Virus record (IMG/VR): IMGVR_UViG_3300045988_112371
Coordinates: 1 to 5,545 of that record
Direction: 5' to 3' (one strand)
From: a virus
Length of the DNA: 5,545 bases
Made by a program: the position numbers and the translations under genes. Below the pieces are notes generated by a model. That model saw nothing but the letters and a program-made list of their open reading frames with translations. It was not told the origin of the DNA and did no database searches. Positions 4,781-5,545 of the stretch are shown here, one piece after another (within the stretch, counting starts at the first letter, position 1; each line of letters starts with the position of its first letter).

Positions 4781-5545
4781 TCAACCTCCAAAATAAATTT
4801 TTTTAGCCTTGTCAAGGAGCTTACCGAAAGCACCACCAATAGAACCAGCAATAGAAGAATCAGTATCAAAACCATATTTGCCACGCATCTCATTCTGCAT
4901 AGATGCACGGCTAGTAGCTTCTTTAGACTGTGCAGTAAGCTGACCACTATATGCTGCAGAACTATTAGCAGCATTACCTTGGGCAATCATCATATTAGCT
5001 TGTGCCGGCATAATAACATCACGCTGATAAATAGCATTTTTTGTTTGCTCATCAATAAGAGCACCCTGTTTTTCAGCATTTTTCAAATTCTGTTTATATA
5101 AAGCAACATTATCAGCATATGTATCAGTAGCTAGCTTATTAGCGAGAGTTTTTCCAGCAGCTTCAGCTTCATAATTCTTTGCAGAAGCAGCATTTAAAAC
5201 AACATCAGAATCGAGCTTTTTTATAGTACCTTCTCCAACACGCTGAGCAGTATCTGCCTGCTTTTGAGCAGCCTTAGCAGAACTACCAGCAGCTTGAGCA
5301 GACATCCCGGCAGTAACGCCTTCGCCAATATTATAATTAGCGGAAAGAGCAGAAGCTCCATTAACAGAGCCGCCAATACCTTGCGTAGCAGCAAGAATAG
5401 GGTTCAATCCAGCTTTTTGCATATCTTCCATTGACCATTGATAGCGATGCTGGTAATTATAAATATTACGCTGATTAGCTACTGTTGCAGCATGACGAGC
5501 AGCGGAATTACTAAGAGCACCACCAATAATAGATGCGACGCCACC
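4781..5545 (-). CDS. VP2: VP2 (minor capsid / DNA pilot protein), main segment; the frame is open to the window edge and the true start is ATG 91..89 across the junction (full length 266 aa)
   Basis: The frame is open from 5545 down to TGA at 4781..4783. Upstream of the track Met (5431) it reads ...GGVASIIGGALSNSAARHAATVANQRNIYNYQHRYQWS-MEDMQKAGLNPILAA.... The (K/R)AGLNPIL motif and the Ala/Gln/Gly-rich body are characteristic of gokushovirus VP2. Total length is 91 + 710 nt = 801 nt, or 267 codons including the stop. Confidence 0.88.
   Translation of the reverse strand, partial: GGVASIIGGALSNSAARHAATVANQRNIYNYQHRYQWSMEDMQKAGLNPILAATQGIGGSVNGASALSANYNIGEGVTAGMSAQAAGSSAKAAQKQADTAQRVGEGTIKKLDSDVVLNAASAKNYEAEAAGKTLANKLATDTYADNVALYKQNLKNAEKQGALIDEQTKNAIYQRDVIMPAQANMMIAQGNAANSSAAYSGQLTAQSKEATSRASMQNEMRGKYGFDTDSSIAGSIGGAFGKLLDKAKKIYFGG
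5491..5545. repeat. Terminal direct repeat, copy 2 (identical to 1..55)
   Basis: Exact 55/55 identity with the window start. Confidence 0.95.

Noticed and set aside
4811-4816. Perfect TTGACA -35 hexamer (minus strand) near the end of VP2, upstream of the 89-aa gene
   Set aside because: No acceptable -10 hexamer lies 16-18 nt downstream (TTTTGG, TTTGGA and TTGGAG are found there).
1-5545. Search for tRNA, rRNA, CRISPR arrays, integrase/transposase genes and DGR-type repeats
   Set aside because: No cloverleaf-capable segments, spaced repeat arrays, recombinase-sized ORFs or template/variable repeat pairs were seen. The genome is fully accounted for by microvirus genes and the intergenic elements listed.

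Overview
This window is a complete circular ssDNA phage genome of the family Microviridae, with gokushovirus-like gene content. It has been linearised with a 55-nt terminal overlap: 1..55 is identical to 5491..5545, so the unit genome is 5,490 nt. All credible genes lie on the minus strand of the window, which is therefore the viral (mRNA-sense) strand. Reading along that strand, the order is: VP1 major capsid (1819->110), VP2 pilot/minor capsid (starts at 91 and wraps through the junction to 4781), an 89-aa membrane-anchored orphan (4775->4506), a 37-aa arginine-rich DNA-binding protein missing from the ORF track (4467->4354), VP4 HUH replication initiator (4338->3394), a 100-aa orphan (3313->3011), a VP5-like protein (3014->2655) and VP3 internal scaffolding protein (2470->2027). 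Most genes have strong Shine-Dalgarno motifs (AAGGAG, GGAGG, GAGGTG), which suggests a host that uses canonical SD sites. The points worth following up are non-coding or accessory. (1) A perfect 19-bp hairpin has a 10-nt viral-strand loop, CTACTTGATA, that matches 9 of 10 positions of the phiX174 gene-A cleavage decamer CAACTTG/ATA, making it a candidate plus-strand origin. (2) A full-consensus extended -10 sigma70 promoter, preceded by three phased 10-bp A-tract repeats, drives the orphan gene inserted between VP4 and VP5. (3) A C9 homopolymer in the VP5-like gene is followed by quick stops in both alternative frames. (4) A possible promoter/inverted-repeat/terminator module lies in the long VP5-VP3 intergenic region. 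(5) There are two candidate lysis functions: the membrane-anchored orphan and a hydrophobic ORF overprinted in VP2. I saw no tRNA, rRNA, CRISPR array, integrase or transposase. All homology statements come from recalled family motifs, not from a database search.
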